Assembly (NCBI GenBank): GCA_018652685.1
Contig: JABIBQ010000028.1
Span: 34,648-98,647, forward strand
DNA: 64,000 nt
Reading direction: 5' to 3'
From: Candidatus Bathyarchaeota archaeon
GTDB taxonomy: Archaea; Thermoproteota; Bathyarchaeia; TCS64
Both the position numbers and the translations under genes were made by a program. Every line of letters starts with the position of its first letter. The stretch's first letter is position 1. This document shows, in pieces, positions 41,184-53,359 of this stretch. The notes beneath the pieces were generated by a model. The model was not told the DNA's origin and did no database searches. It saw only the letters and a list, made by a program, of their open reading frames with translations.

Positions 41184-42350
41184 TTGATTGCATTGTCAAA
41201 AGAGAACATCTTCAATTCAGCCACCGCGGAGCTGATGCGCTCAATACCTAACCTGAAATGGGACAGATACCCTGATGACGTTATCCCAATGTGGATAGCT
41301 GCACCAGACGTGCCCATCGCACCTGAGATCATGAAGGCGTTACACGACTCCGTGGACGAGATGGACATGTACTATAACGCGGACAAGTCCACCCGTGAGG
41401 TGTTGGCGGGTAAGATCAATGAATTCAACAAGATACCCGTTGATACGGATGACGTAATGCTCATCCAAGGCGTCGACCCCAGCATCTGGCTGGGCGTCAA
41501 GTACGCCTGCAAACCTGGTGATGAAGTGATCGTAAATGACCCTACCTACCATGCATTCACAGCTGTGCTCCCTGCAGCGGAGGCAAAGCCCGTTTCTTGG
41601 GTGCTTGATAGGGAGGATGGCTATAAGTTTGACTCAGAGGCACTCAAGGAGATAATAACGCCTCGAACCAAACTCATCTACCTTTGCAACCCCCACAACC
41701 CAGCTGGCCGAGTTATGACCAAGGAGGAGCTGAAAGCGGTCGCGGACATCGCTGTTGACGGGAAGATCACCATCATGGTTGACGAGCTCTGGGAGGACAT
41801 CGTGTTCAAGGGTAACAAACACGTCTCAATCGCGAGCCTGAACCCCGAGATTTCGGATCTAACATTGTCGAGCTGGGGGTTCAGCAAGACATTCGGTGTC
41901 GCCGGGCTCCAGATCGGGTATATGGCAACAACCAACAAGGAAATGCTAGAATCCATGCAGAAGGCAGCAACAGGTGTCCAGAGAGGTACATCAACATTGG
42001 GACGAGCCGCGGCCAGGGTAATGGTTAGTAACGAGATGGATTACTGGAGGAAGGGGATGATGGATCACCTGCACAAGACTAGGGCGATATGCTCCAAACG
42101 CCTTGGGTCTATCCCCGGCGTAGAGTTCCCTATGCTTGAGGGCACATACGTCCCGTTCCCAAAGTTCGACCTCGGCCTCACCAGCGATGAGCTCCAGGAG
42201 TACATCCTCAAGGAGGCGAGGGTAGCCATCTCCTCGGGCAAGGGGGACGGCGAGAAGGGCAAGGGTCACATGAGAATCAACATCGCCACAAGCGAGTCAT
42301 TGATGAACGAGGCGATGGACAGGGTGGTTGAAGCCCTGTCTAAACTATAA
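41184..42350 (+). CDS. PLP-dependent class I/II enzyme (MalY/PatB-like)
   Basis: KW..Y..DVIPMW.A, LCNPHNP.GRV, VDE...D, SKTFG.AGL, RINIA. Confidence 0.9.
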   Translation: MIALSKENIFNSATAELMRSIPNLKWDRYPDDVIPMWIAAPDVPIAPEIMKALHDSVDEMDMYYNADKSTREVLAGKINEFNKIPVDTDDVMLIQGVDPSIWLGVKYACKPGDEVIVNDPTYHAFTAVLPAAEAKPVSWVLDREDGYKFDSEALKEIITPRTKLIYLCNPHNPAGRVMTKEELKAVADIAVDGKITIMVDELWEDIVFKGNKHVSIASLNPEISDLTLSSWGFSKTFGVAGLQIGYMATTNKEMLESMQKAATGVQRGTSTLGRAAARVMVSNEMDYWRKGMMDHLHKTRAICSKRLGSIPGVEFPMLEGTYVPFPKFDLGLTSDELQEYILKEARVAISSGKGDGEKGKGHMRINIATSESLMNEAMDRVVEALSKL

Positions 42351-42387
42351 AAAAGATGAGCTTTTTGGCTCAATCATTGCTTTTTGA

Positions 42388-44580
<2,193 letters not shown>

Positions 44581-44596
44581 CTATTCCTCTACAACC

Positions 44597-45088
44597 TTAA
44601 TTGACGTGGATATCGATTCCCTCGGGCGACGTTTCCTCGATTAGCTCAAGCGTCACGTCCAGCACGCCGTTGTTGTATGTAGCCCTGGCTGTCTTAGGAT
44701 CAACCTTGGCTGATACCGGTATCTCTGTGTCGATGTTCCTAAGCTCGTTGCTCGCCGTTACCCTAATGCTGGTCTCGGTACCCGTGATCCTGATGGATTC
44801 CTTTGCTAGTCCAGGGAGTTCCACGATGACCCTGACTGTATTGTTAGCCCTGTCTACGTCCACCTGTGATAAAGGCTCGTCGTTGTGCTGTTCCCTCAGT
44901 GGTGCTTGGGGGGAGTCCGATCCCCACTCTTTAACTACCGGCTTGCCGTCCGCCCCCGTTGTCATGCTGTATCCATAGGACCATTTCTTGAGGTGGGGGG
45001 GCTCTGGGTCTAACCTCTCAGGGAACCCTAACTGCTTGAATATTCTCTCGAAGATCTTGTCGAAGTCGTCGTCAATATTCCACGCCAT
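44597..45088 (-). CDS. hsp20: Small heat-shock protein Hsp20
   Basis: YGYSMT.G.DGKPVV.E.G, ELPGL.KE.I, A.YNNGVL.V. Confidence 0.93.
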   Translation of the reverse strand: MAWNIDDDFDKIFERIFKQLGFPERLDPEPPHLKKWSYGYSMTTGADGKPVVKEWGSDSPQAPLREQHNDEPLSQVDVDRANNTVRVIVELPGLAKESIRITGTETSIRVTASNELRNIDTEIPVSAKVDPKTARATYNNGVLDVTLELIEETSPEGIDIHVN

Positions 45089-45130
45089 TTTTCTCTACGG
45101 TGTCACTGGGAATGGACACCTTATAAATAT

Positions 45131-45220
45131 TATGGCATATTGTCATAAATCTGACATAATTGCGGGGTTTCCTACATGAGTCAGATGTTCTGCCTGATTT
45201 CTAACCACATGTCATAAATT
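45131..45220. promoter_or_regulatory. Operator-like repeats between the divergent hsp20 and regulator promoters
   Basis: TATGGCA-TAT-TGTCATA palindrome, TGTCA-N6-TGACA, and TGTCATAAAT at 45141 and 45210, each beside a TATA-like box. Confidence 0.55.
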
Positions 45221-45251
45221 CTTATATAATGCAGTTTTTTATTGAAGACTG

Positions 45252-45908
45252 ATGTCAGGCAGACGGAACTCAGTACAGGAATCGGTCAGGGTCATAATCA
45301 CGCAGAACCCCTACCTCTACAGGGGGCTCCGCATGCAGGTAATCAATTACAGCGCTGTTGCCCGCTACATCCAGGACCAGGTCAGAGAGATGTCCGGAAA
45401 CGAGGTAGACCCTAATACCATAGTAACCGCCATCATGCGGTTCAGCAGGGAGGCAAGTAAACAGGAGCCAAGTCAGCAGCAGGGGGCCCTCGCCGGGTCA
45501 AGGTTCAACCTCGTGACCGATATTATCGATATCACGATACCCACGGGGACATCCAATCAAACTGCGGTTGTAGAGCAGCTGTCCAAGCTACAAAAGCGAG
45601 GTCTCAACATCAAGATACATCAGTACCAGGGCAGCGTCAAAGTGATAACCACCAGCGAGGCCATGAGCGAGTTCATGCAGGAGCTGTGGCAGTACCACCC
45701 CGTTATCAGAGAGGGGTACTCTGAGCTAAACGTGTCCCATGCTCAGGAAACCTCCATGTATGACAGGGTCGCTCTGTTGACCGACCTGTTGTTCAGGCAC
45801 GGGGTTCACCTTGTAAACGCATTCTTCAGCCCTAGTGAGATAAGCCTCATAGTAAACGAGGAGGACGCCTCAAAGGCTTTCGAGGTATTGAGGAGCCAGA
45901 GCAGGTAG
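45252..45908 (+). CDS. Putative regulator: N-terminal helical DNA-binding-like domain plus ACT-like C-terminus
   Basis: SV.E.V..II..NP.L...L...VINYSAVAR.I...TIV.AI.R; C-terminal LLFRHGV.L...F.S.SEI...V.E.DA.KAF. Confidence 0.65.
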   Translation: MSGRRNSVQESVRVIITQNPYLYRGLRMQVINYSAVARYIQDQVREMSGNEVDPNTIVTAIMRFSREASKQEPSQQQGALAGSRFNLVTDIIDITIPTGTSNQTAVVEQLSKLQKRGLNIKIHQYQGSVKVITTSEAMSEFMQELWQYHPVIREGYSELNVSHAQETSMYDRVALLTDLLFRHGVHLVNAFFSPSEISLIVNEEDASKAFEVLRSQSR

Positions 45909-45952
45909 ATTCATACTCGACTTTTTAAGTTCACAGCCCACCGCTGTTTGGT

Positions 45953-47206
45953 ATGAGCGAGCGCTGGGAGAAACGACTACCATTCTATTATGGATGGGTG
46001 ATCTTCGGAATCACTTTCTTCATCTACATGTTCATGTACGGCCTACGGTACAGCGTTGGTATATTCTTTGACCCCATTCGCAACGAGTTCGGATGGAGCA
46101 ATGCCCAGACCGCCAGCGGGGTAACCATATTCTTCTGGGTCTACGCAGTCAGCGCCCCTCTTGTTGGTCAGTTGGCCAAAAAGATTGGTGTTAGGAAGAC
46201 CGTGTTGATTGGAGGGCTTTTACTTGGGGGAGGGGGCATTCTCCTCTCTCAGATCCAGACTCTCTGGCAACTATATCTAGCATGGGGGGTAATTGCGGCC
46301 ATGGGTGCTGCTGCCTTGTACATAGTGCCCACTATGGTGCTGAGCAAGTTCTTTCACAAGAAGAGGGGCAGTGCCGTAGGTTGGAGCAGCGTGGGAGTGT
46401 CCGCTGGACAAGCATTGATCATCCCCCAGATAGCAAAGCTCATCCCGAGTTGGGGGTGGAGGCCCAGCATGCTTTTCTTGGGTACGCTGGTTATTTGCAC
46501 TACCAGTTTGATTGGGTGCCTGTTCTTGAGGGAGGACCCCGAGGAGCTTGGGTTGTACCCCGATGGGGCGGACAATCCCCCGAATGTACTGCACGATGAT
46601 GCGTTGTCCGAGGACTGGACGCCCAAGAAGGCATCATCTGATTGGACGTTCAGGATTATCGCAGTTAGCTACTTTTTCAGCACAGGGGGTATCATTAGCA
46701 TGCTGACCTTCGTGGTTCCCCACATGATCAACATCGGCATCTCCCCGATTGATGCCAGCGGGGCTTTCGGTGTTATTGGTGTCATGAGCGCCGTGGGGAG
46801 CATCATTTTCGGGTTTTTCAGTGACAGGTTTGGTAGGAAGAGGACGATTGTGGTTACGACGGGTTTGATTGCTCTGGCTTTCGGGGTCTCGACTCTGATC
46901 CCGGCCAACCTGACAATGCTTTATGCCTGGGCGATTCTTTACGGGCTGAGTTATGGTGGTGCCCCTGAGCAGTACGCGGCGATTGTGACTGATTATTTCG
47001 GTACCACTCATAACACGACCCTGTTCGGTTTGGTCACGTTGGCAGGTGGTATTGGAGGTGGTTTGTTCCCTCTAATCGGCGGATGGGTCGTGGACCAGAC
47101 AGGGGACTATTACCTAACTCTTCTTGTTCTCGGAGCAGGGATGGCGATGGCCTCGTTGCTTGCCTCGTCTCTGAAGGACCCCAATGGGGCTACTCTAGCT
47201 CCCTGA
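45953..47206 (+). CDS. MFS transporter (OFA/MCT-like)
   Basis: YYGWVI, F.K.RG.A.G, WGWR, G..SDRFGRK; about 12 TM helices. Confidence 0.92.
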   Translation: MSERWEKRLPFYYGWVIFGITFFIYMFMYGLRYSVGIFFDPIRNEFGWSNAQTASGVTIFFWVYAVSAPLVGQLAKKIGVRKTVLIGGLLLGGGGILLSQIQTLWQLYLAWGVIAAMGAAALYIVPTMVLSKFFHKKRGSAVGWSSVGVSAGQALIIPQIAKLIPSWGWRPSMLFLGTLVICTTSLIGCLFLREDPEELGLYPDGADNPPNVLHDDALSEDWTPKKASSDWTFRIIAVSYFFSTGGIISMLTFVVPHMINIGISPIDASGAFGVIGVMSAVGSIIFGFFSDRFGRKRTIVVTTGLIALAFGVSTLIPANLTMLYAWAILYGLSYGGAPEQYAAIVTDYFGTTHNTTLFGLVTLAGGIGGGLFPLIGGWVVDQTGDYYLTLLVLGAGMAMASLLASSLKDPNGATLAP

Positions 47207-48242
47207 GCATCTTCTCCAGTTTGTCAGCGTCAACTCCGTATCTTATCGCCACCTCACGGATCTTGCTGTACGGTATCTCAGGTGCCGTGAACGGCCTGTT
47301 CGGCTCTCCCCTGATGTCCAGGCGTAACACGTCCCATCTAGCATAGTGCCCCAGTGCATCGATGTACGCCTTGGTGTGGCGCCTGTCATCCTGGTCAAGC
47401 TCCGCGTAGAGGATTGTCTCCTTGTCGAACACGGGCTCCACGATGTAAACCCCTGCAGGGTTGATGATACTGGATCCTCCTGACGCGATGTTAAAGTCCT
47501 GCGTGTCCTCTGGCATCATGTCATCGGGGATGTACTGGCAAGCAGAGAGCACGAAGTTTTGTGTTTCGATAGCATATTCCTTGCTGGCGTACTCGATGTC
47601 ACAGAGGTGGTGGTTGTCTCCCACCCTGAACCTGCGCTTCTTACCGGGGTGCCGGTCCATGACCCAGTAACCGTCCCACAGGGCACAGTGTATCTCCTCG
47701 CCCATGTATGACATTGCCGCCTTTAAGAGTGTCATGTGATGCTCGTAGCAGATGAGGCCACCAACTGTCCCGATATCCGTGTCGAAGACGATGATGTCCT
47801 CGCGTCCACCGGTTCCCCAGACAGTTCTCTCGCCGTGGGTGGGCATGAGCTTCCTGTGCCTCCCCAGGAGTGATCCGTCTTTCCCGATGAACACGATGCT
47901 GTTGTAGAGTGTGTTGCTTCCCTTGATGTCGCTGAGCTCCGTTGCCCCGATCACCGATATTATCTCGGAGCTCCTGCAGGCGTCGCCGAGGACCTCAGTC
48001 TCTGGTCCTGGGATACTGATGGCGTTCTTCATGTACTCCACCTGGTTGTCGCTCCACTTGCTGATGGGGTTGGTGCCCCTCCAGTACGGGTAGCCTGGGA
48101 TGTGGGTCTCGCTGAATACGATGAGCTCAGCCCCTTTCCTGCCTGCCTCCTCGATGGCCTTGCAGGTCACGTCCACCGTAGCCTCTTTGTCCATGAAGAC
48201 GGGACTGATCTGGGCCACCGCCACCTTGACCTTGTCACGCAT
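47190..48242 (-). CDS. Nitrilase (carbon-nitrogen hydrolase)
   Basis: E-K-C triad: FSET.IPGYP, HRKLMPT..ER..WG, LICYEH; D..GHYAR.DV. Confidence 0.92.
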   Translation of the reverse strand: MRDKVKVAVAQISPVFMDKEATVDVTCKAIEEAGRKGAELIVFSETHIPGYPYWRGTNPISKWSDNQVEYMKNAISIPGPETEVLGDACRSSEIISVIGATELSDIKGSNTLYNSIVFIGKDGSLLGRHRKLMPTHGERTVWGTGGREDIIVFDTDIGTVGGLICYEHHMTLLKAAMSYMGEEIHCALWDGYWVMDRHPGKKRRFRVGDNHHLCDIEYASKEYAIETQNFVLSACQYIPDDMMPEDTQDFNIASGGSSIINPAGVYIVEPVFDKETILYAELDQDDRRHTKAYIDALGHYARWDVLRLDIRGEPNRPFTAPEIPYSKIREVAIRYGVDADKLEKMLRELE

Positions 48243-48327
48243 AACTGATCAATCGATCATTGGGCACCGCGTATTTAGAGTTAAGGAGGATAGCATGTTT
48301 TTTCCGTGGATGCGTGGAATGTTATTC

Positions 48328-49182
48328 ATGTATGGGGAGTTCCTCGCCCTGGTCGCGTCTTTCTGCACCGCGTTGAGTAGCGTGATGGCGACTAAGGGGA
48401 TGCGGGACACTGATGCTGATACCGCGAACCTTGTACTAACGGGCTCACAGACTTTGGTGCTGACCCTCCTGCTTGCTAGGGGGCTGCCTGAGCTGGATCT
48501 GATGGGTTTGTTCTTGTTCGCCATTGCTGGAATCTTTGCCTCGTTTATTGGACGTTTGTTCACGTTAAGGTCTTACAAGGAGATCGGGGTTTCAACAAGC
48601 AGCGCAATCGTTGGAACGAGCCCACTTGTGGTGACCATCTTGGCTATTTTATTCCTCGGTGAGCCTCTGGTGCTTCCCGTTATCGTCGGTGCATTGCTTG
48701 TGGTCGGCGGGATTGTTCTGATCAACATGAAAGGGGGGCGGCTCTCGCTTGAACTAGGCGCCATCTACCTACCTATTGGGGCTTCGGTGCTGTTCGCTGT
48801 GTCAAACATCCTTAGAAAGATGGGGACAAACCTGTTACCTGACTCGGTTCTTGGGGCACAGTTCAGCACATTAGCGGGGCTGGTGGCCTTCGTGGCATAC
48901 CTGGGCGTAACTAATCGGTTAAAGAAGATAGACGTAAACAGAGACAACGCTCCGTGGCTCGTTGGTTCAGGGGTTGTAAACGCCGTGGCGTGGATCGCCC
49001 TCACGTTATCTATAAGCCTAGGCAGGGTATCGGTGATGACTGCGATTGTCTACAGCTACCCGTTGTTTAGCGTGATTCTCGCTAGGCTGATCCTCAAGGA
49101 CTCTGAGAAACTTACTAGGTACACGGTGGTTGGATGTGTGCTCATTGTCATGGGAGTAGTAATTGTCAGCCTGATCGGTTGA
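48328..49182 (+). CDS. EamA/DMT family transporter
   Basis: Paralog of the 17-19 kb pair; start taken at MYGEFLAL to avoid overlap with the nitrilase. Confidence 0.88.
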   Translation: MYGEFLALVASFCTALSSVMATKGMRDTDADTANLVLTGSQTLVLTLLLARGLPELDLMGLFLFAIAGIFASFIGRLFTLRSYKEIGVSTSSAIVGTSPLVVTILAILFLGEPLVLPVIVGALLVVGGIVLINMKGGRLSLELGAIYLPIGASVLFAVSNILRKMGTNLLPDSVLGAQFSTLAGLVAFVAYLGVTNRLKKIDVNRDNAPWLVGSGVVNAVAWIALTLSISLGRVSVMTAIVYSYPLFSVILARLILKDSEKLTRYTVVGCVLIVMGVVIVSLIG

Positions 49183-49200
49183 TCGTTTATTGGTATATCT

Positions 49201-50094
49201 CTAGGAGGTCTCGATCCCTGTTTCTATTTTCCCATCTTTGATTGACGCCCACACCATCCGCTTGGTGGTGAAGGCGTGTCCGATATTCCCGTCGGGGTCT
49301 AACGCGATCAGTCCTCCTTGTCCGTTGACTCTCACCTTCATGTAGCCCAGTGCCTTCTCGGAAGCCTCCTGGACGGGCATTCCCATATTCATGTATGTCA
49401 GCACGAGCTTCGCGAGGTTCACCTTCATGATTGACTCCCCGTGACCCGTTGTTGAGACACCGCCGACCTTGTTATCAGCGTAGCCGCCGCTGCCGATGAG
49501 GGGAACGTCCCCGATCCTGCCAACCCGTTTACCTGTTACCCCGCCTGTACTCGTGGCGGTTGCGATGTTTCCATCGCTGTCAAGGGCAACCGCTCCTACG
49601 GTGTCATGGCCAAATGAGTCACCGAACACTGCTTTCTCGGACCACTCCTCGAACTCCCGCACCGCCTCTCCAGTAACCAGCTTCTCCTGTGTAATCCTCT
49701 CTAACCCGAACTCGTCGGCTATCCTGCTGGCTCCTTCCCCGATCATCATCACGTGGGGCGTTTCCTCCATGACCTTGCGTGCCAGTCTGATGGGGTACCT
49801 GACATCCTTCAAGCCCGCCACCGCCCCTGCATCGAGTTTTGCTCCGTCCATGATGAGGGAGTCCATCTCGATTGTCCTGTCTTCCGTGAGCCCCGAGCCT
49901 ATGCCTGCGTCAAAGCTAGGGTCGTCCTCAAGCACGTTGACCGCTGCTACAACGGCGTCAAGGGCCGAGCCGCCTGCCTCAAGAACTATCCATCCAGCCT
50001 TGACCGATTCCTCTACTCCATTCAAGTTGGCTTCCACGAGGCGGTCAGGGATGCCCCATGCACCCCCATGCACGATGATAACGGGTTTAACCAT
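49201..50094 (-). CDS. iaaA: Isoaspartyl peptidase/L-asparaginase (Ntn hydrolase)
   Basis: IIVHGGAW, LEDDP.FDAG, HDTVGAVA (catalytic Thr), TSTGG, GR.GD.P..G.G.YA, TGHGE. Confidence 0.93.
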   Translation of the reverse strand: MVKPVIIVHGGAWGIPDRLVEANLNGVEESVKAGWIVLEAGGSALDAVVAAVNVLEDDPSFDAGIGSGLTEDRTIEMDSLIMDGAKLDAGAVAGLKDVRYPIRLARKVMEETPHVMMIGEGASRIADEFGLERITQEKLVTGEAVREFEEWSEKAVFGDSFGHDTVGAVALDSDGNIATATSTGGVTGKRVGRIGDVPLIGSGGYADNKVGGVSTTGHGESIMKVNLAKLVLTYMNMGMPVQEASEKALGYMKVRVNGQGGLIALDPDGNIGHAFTTKRMVWASIKDGKIETGIETS

Positions 50095-50205
50095 ACCAAA
50101 TGGGACACTGGACCCGATATAAAACTGGGTACCATCCAGGGTTAACTGTCGATATCTTTTCCTGTGAATAAATCATTGTTTTATTCTCCCCTTTCCTAGC
50201 TTACA

Positions 50206-50733
50206 GTGACTGCCTTGTGCTGGTACGGACCTCATAGATACCTAAACGAGTTCATCCGCGAGAACTTGTGTGGTAGGATTATGGAGATTGGAGTTTACAA
50301 CGGGGAGAACGCCGTCGGTATGGTACGGGCAGCGAAAAAGGGACGGCCAGCCTCCGAGGTGGAGTACCACGGTTTCGATTTCTTCTCCAGTTACAGCACC
50401 GAGCGGATCGGGGGAAAACTGGATGAGACTGGTTGCAGGCACGCGCTCTTTGAGGGGAATACCTTGGACACAGTACCAGAGGCGGCTAGGATCTTGCAAC
50501 CCATGGACATTATATTCATCGACGGAGGCAAGTCCTTCAGCGAGGCTTGGAGTGACTGGGAGGGGGCAGCGAAACTCATGCATGACGGCACAGGCGTCTT
50601 TATCCACAACGTGGATTTTGCAGGCGTAGAGAAAATGGTTCGCAGTATCCCTAGAGATATTTACGACGTAGAGATGTTCAACCCACGGTTCGAGGGTAAA
50701 GTTGCCCTGATTAGAAAAAAGCCATCCAGTTAA
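50206..50733 (+). CDS. Class I SAM-dependent methyltransferase (Methyltransf_24-like)
   Basis: IMEIGVYNG, GFD.F, DIIFIDGG. Confidence 0.8.
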   Translation: MTALCWYGPHRYLNEFIRENLCGRIMEIGVYNGENAVGMVRAAKKGRPASEVEYHGFDFFSSYSTERIGGKLDETGCRHALFEGNTLDTVPEAARILQPMDIIFIDGGKSFSEAWSDWEGAAKLMHDGTGVFIHNVDFAGVEKMVRSIPRDIYDVEMFNPRFEGKVALIRKKPSS

Positions 50734-51052
50734 TGAGGGAAAAAACCGACTCCATCTACTAAGACGGCCTTCTCATACTTTACGCTTCGATTAACGTCAG
50801 CTTGCTAATCTGTCTCGACCATGTTCTGCGCTACTTGCATCGTGTCCAAGTGGACATTCGATGTTTTGGCTTCACGATCCCACTTCCTGAATGGCTCGCA
50901 TGATTCGCATAGCGGGAAAAAATGTCCAACTTTATGGCAAACATAGACCATTTTGCATCTTCAAAACGAGTTTCGGTGCATTGCTTATCTACCTATGTGT
51001 CTGGTTTTTTTCACACCCCGTTAGGAGAAGAGGAATATGACCTGAAAGAAGA

Positions 51053-51130
51053 TGGTGGGCCGGGTCGGATTCGAACCAACGACTACCGCGATGTGAACGC
51101 GGTGTCCTAGCCAGACTAGACCACCGGCCC
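51053..51130 (-). tRNA. tRNA-Val(CAC), CCA encoded, no intron
   Basis: GGGCCGG acceptor stem; anticodon arm CCGCG-TTCACAT-CGCGG; T-loop TTCGAAT; ends ACCA. Confidence 0.96.
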
Positions 51131-51279
51131 ATCCTGCACCTGATATTCAGGCAAACTAAATAAATCCTTTCCGCTGTTCAAGGTTCTTCCACTTTTGTAA
51201 AAAGGGGAAAGAAAACTGCACATTTAAGCAGGAATTATATACCAGATTGACCAAATGTAATGACATTCGGTGAATAAAC

Positions 51280-51726
51280 ATGATTGATCAGGTTGATCGC
51301 GCAATACTGGAGGAGTACATCAAGGACAGCAGGCAGAGCTTCAGGGAGGTAGCTAGGAAGACCGACGTTAGCCCGGGCACGGTGGCGGCAAGGGTCTCCA
51401 AGATGGAGGAAAAGGGCATCATCAAGAGGTACACTATCCAAGTTGACCACGAGAAGCTGGGGTACGACCTGACGGTCCTCATAAACGTGAACGTTAGCGG
51501 GGCACCTGATTTCTTCGAGGAGAACAACGCGCTTACCGCGCTAGTGGAGCCCAATGCCATATACAACACCACCGGCGACAATGATATCATGATCATCGCC
51601 AAGTTCAAGAACCGAGAGGAGCTGAGCAACTTCACAAAGAACCTGTTGCGGATGGAGACCGTCCAGGGCACCAAGACCCAGCTGGTTCTGAAGACCCTAA
51701 TCGAGGACTTTGACAAGCTCAGGTAA
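51280..51726 (+). CDS. Lrp/AsnC family transcriptional regulator
   Basis: D.VD..IL.....DSR.SFREVA....VSPGTV..RV.KME..GII, Y.TTG..D. Confidence 0.93.
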   Translation: MIDQVDRAILEEYIKDSRQSFREVARKTDVSPGTVAARVSKMEEKGIIKRYTIQVDHEKLGYDLTVLINVNVSGAPDFFEENNALTALVEPNAIYNTTGDNDIMIIAKFKNREELSNFTKNLLRMETVQGTKTQLVLKTLIEDFDKLR

Positions 51727-51729
51727 TGC

Positions 51730-51999
51730 CTATTCCGGGTCGATGGGCACCATCTCCATTATTACCTGACCATTTGGGTCGGGGCACTCCACTAGCCACG
51801 TTCCCTCCATCCAGTCACCCGGCTCGTCCAGCTTGCGCTGTTTTGCCGGTATCAAGGGCAGTATGGAGTTCAACGCCCAGAAACAGAAATGCCTCTCCGG
51901 GATTGATATTCTGCCTCCGCGGACGATGAAGAAATCGCCCTCCTGGATGGTGTCGCAGTAGCCCTTGATCTCCTTGACAATGACCTTCAGGTCCTGCAT
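51730..51999 (-). CDS. TIGR04076-like small Cys protein
   Basis: V.EIKG.C.....GD.F, FC.WAL..I.P, CPDP...V. Confidence 0.8.
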   Translation of the reverse strand: MQDLKVIVKEIKGYCDTIQEGDFFIVRGGRISIPERHFCFWALNSILPLIPAKQRKLDEPGDWMEGTWLVECPDPNGQVIMEMVPIDPE

Positions 52000-52391
52000 C
52001 TCAGATCTCCTTTTTTCGTTGTTTGAGGATTCTCCTCAGAAAATCTTGTTCCCACTAGGCGTGGGAGTAATTCCAGTCCAAGTGATACACGCTCATGTCA
52101 CTTCGCTTATCTGGGAAAGTGGAGGTGGATAAAACTGTTGTAACCAGAAAACGGGTCATCTGAGCTGGGGCGTGGGTTTCATCTTCCCCCTACCAAATTC
52201 ATGGTGCCTGTAGGATTTTACTTGATGACATTTTTATAAATTTGGAATGGGAAGTGCTTAGCACGGGCGTCCTGTGAATGGTTACCCTATATATCGCGAA
52301 TAAAAAAATCGGGTTTCTTATATCAAGTAACCTGACATAAGAGAAAAACGTTCTCGTCACCGGTATTATCTCGAAAAAAGTAACGAGGGTT

Positions 52392-53321
52392 TTAAACTGG
52401 TGTCAGCCAGTGCTTGTACTTTTTGACGTTCCCGGCAAGTATCTCGGCGTAGTATTCGCCGATCTTCTTGGTGATGGGCCCCGGGTACCCCTTGCCCATC
52501 TTGATGTCGTCGATACTGGTTATGGGTGTACATTCTCCGCCGGTCCCGCAGAGGAACGCCTCGTCGCTGGCGTACAGCTCCACCCTCGTATAGTCCTTGA
52601 CCTCGACCGGGTGCCCCAGGTCTGGGATGAACTCGATGAAGCAGCCGCGGGTGACTGATTCAAGAATGGATGCGGTGACCGGTGACGTGATGACCTTGCC
52701 GTCCCGTACAACCATCAGGCACGCCAGCGTCCCCTCCGAGACAAAGCCCCTGTTGTCAAGGAAGATCGCGTTATCGTACCCGCACCTCTTCGCCTCCCTG
52801 ATGGCGTGCATGTTGTTCTGGTAGTTGGCCCAGCTCTTTGCCTGGGTTGGGAGGGCGTCGCTGCTTATCCTCCGCCAGCTGCTCACCATGAACCTACGCT
52901 CCTCCCCGAACTTTTTGTTACCCTTACCCAGCAAGGTCTCAAAGGGCCAGACGGGCACCACGACGTGACTGTCGTCGGAGCCCCATGCTTTCTTCGGCCA
53001 TATCCTCGGTTGGGTATACGTGTTCGTGTTGTAATCGTTTCTTATGATGCAGGCCCGTACCGCTTCAAGCAGTTCGTCCTTGCTGTACGGCATGGCCAGG
53101 CCGTTGACATCGGCGCTTCTCCACAGTCTGTCTATGTGTTGCGTCCAGCCGAAGATATTTAGGTCCCCGCTTCCGTTCACGTCGCCCTCGACGTATGCCT
53201 TTATGCCCTCGAATATACCGAGGTGTATCGCCTCCATAGGGGAGACCAGGGCGTCCTTTGTCTCCATTACGCTGCCGTTCATCCAGCAGTACCTTGATCC
53301 TCCAAAACCAGCTGCGCTCAT
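52392..53321 (-). CDS. Class IV PLP aminotransferase (IlvE-like)
   Basis: GIFEGIKAY, H.DRL..SA, QAKS.ANY, G.VSEG, IL.SVTR, EAFLCGT..E.TP. Confidence 0.88.
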   Translation of the reverse strand: MSAAGFGGSRYCWMNGSVMETKDALVSPMEAIHLGIFEGIKAYVEGDVNGSGDLNIFGWTQHIDRLWRSADVNGLAMPYSKDELLEAVRACIIRNDYNTNTYTQPRIWPKKAWGSDDSHVVVPVWPFETLLGKGNKKFGEERRFMVSSWRRISSDALPTQAKSWANYQNNMHAIREAKRCGYDNAIFLDNRGFVSEGTLACLMVVRDGKVITSPVTASILESVTRGCFIEFIPDLGHPVEVKDYTRVELYASDEAFLCGTGGECTPITSIDDIKMGKGYPGPITKKIGEYYAEILAGNVKKYKHWLTPV

Positions 53322-53359
53322 GGAAAATAGGTTGGGTTAAGGGTTAATGAAAGTAGTGG

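Noticed and set aside
50805-50951. 48-codon Cys-containing minus-strand ORF downstream of tRNA-Val
   Set aside because: No family match or clear start signals, so it cannot be supported.
52001-52096. Short minus-strand frame with an internal TAG ending just before the TIGR04076-like gene (possible readthrough or pyrrolysine)
   Set aside because: Too short, no recognisable family and no pyl genes in the window; more likely a gene remnant or chance.
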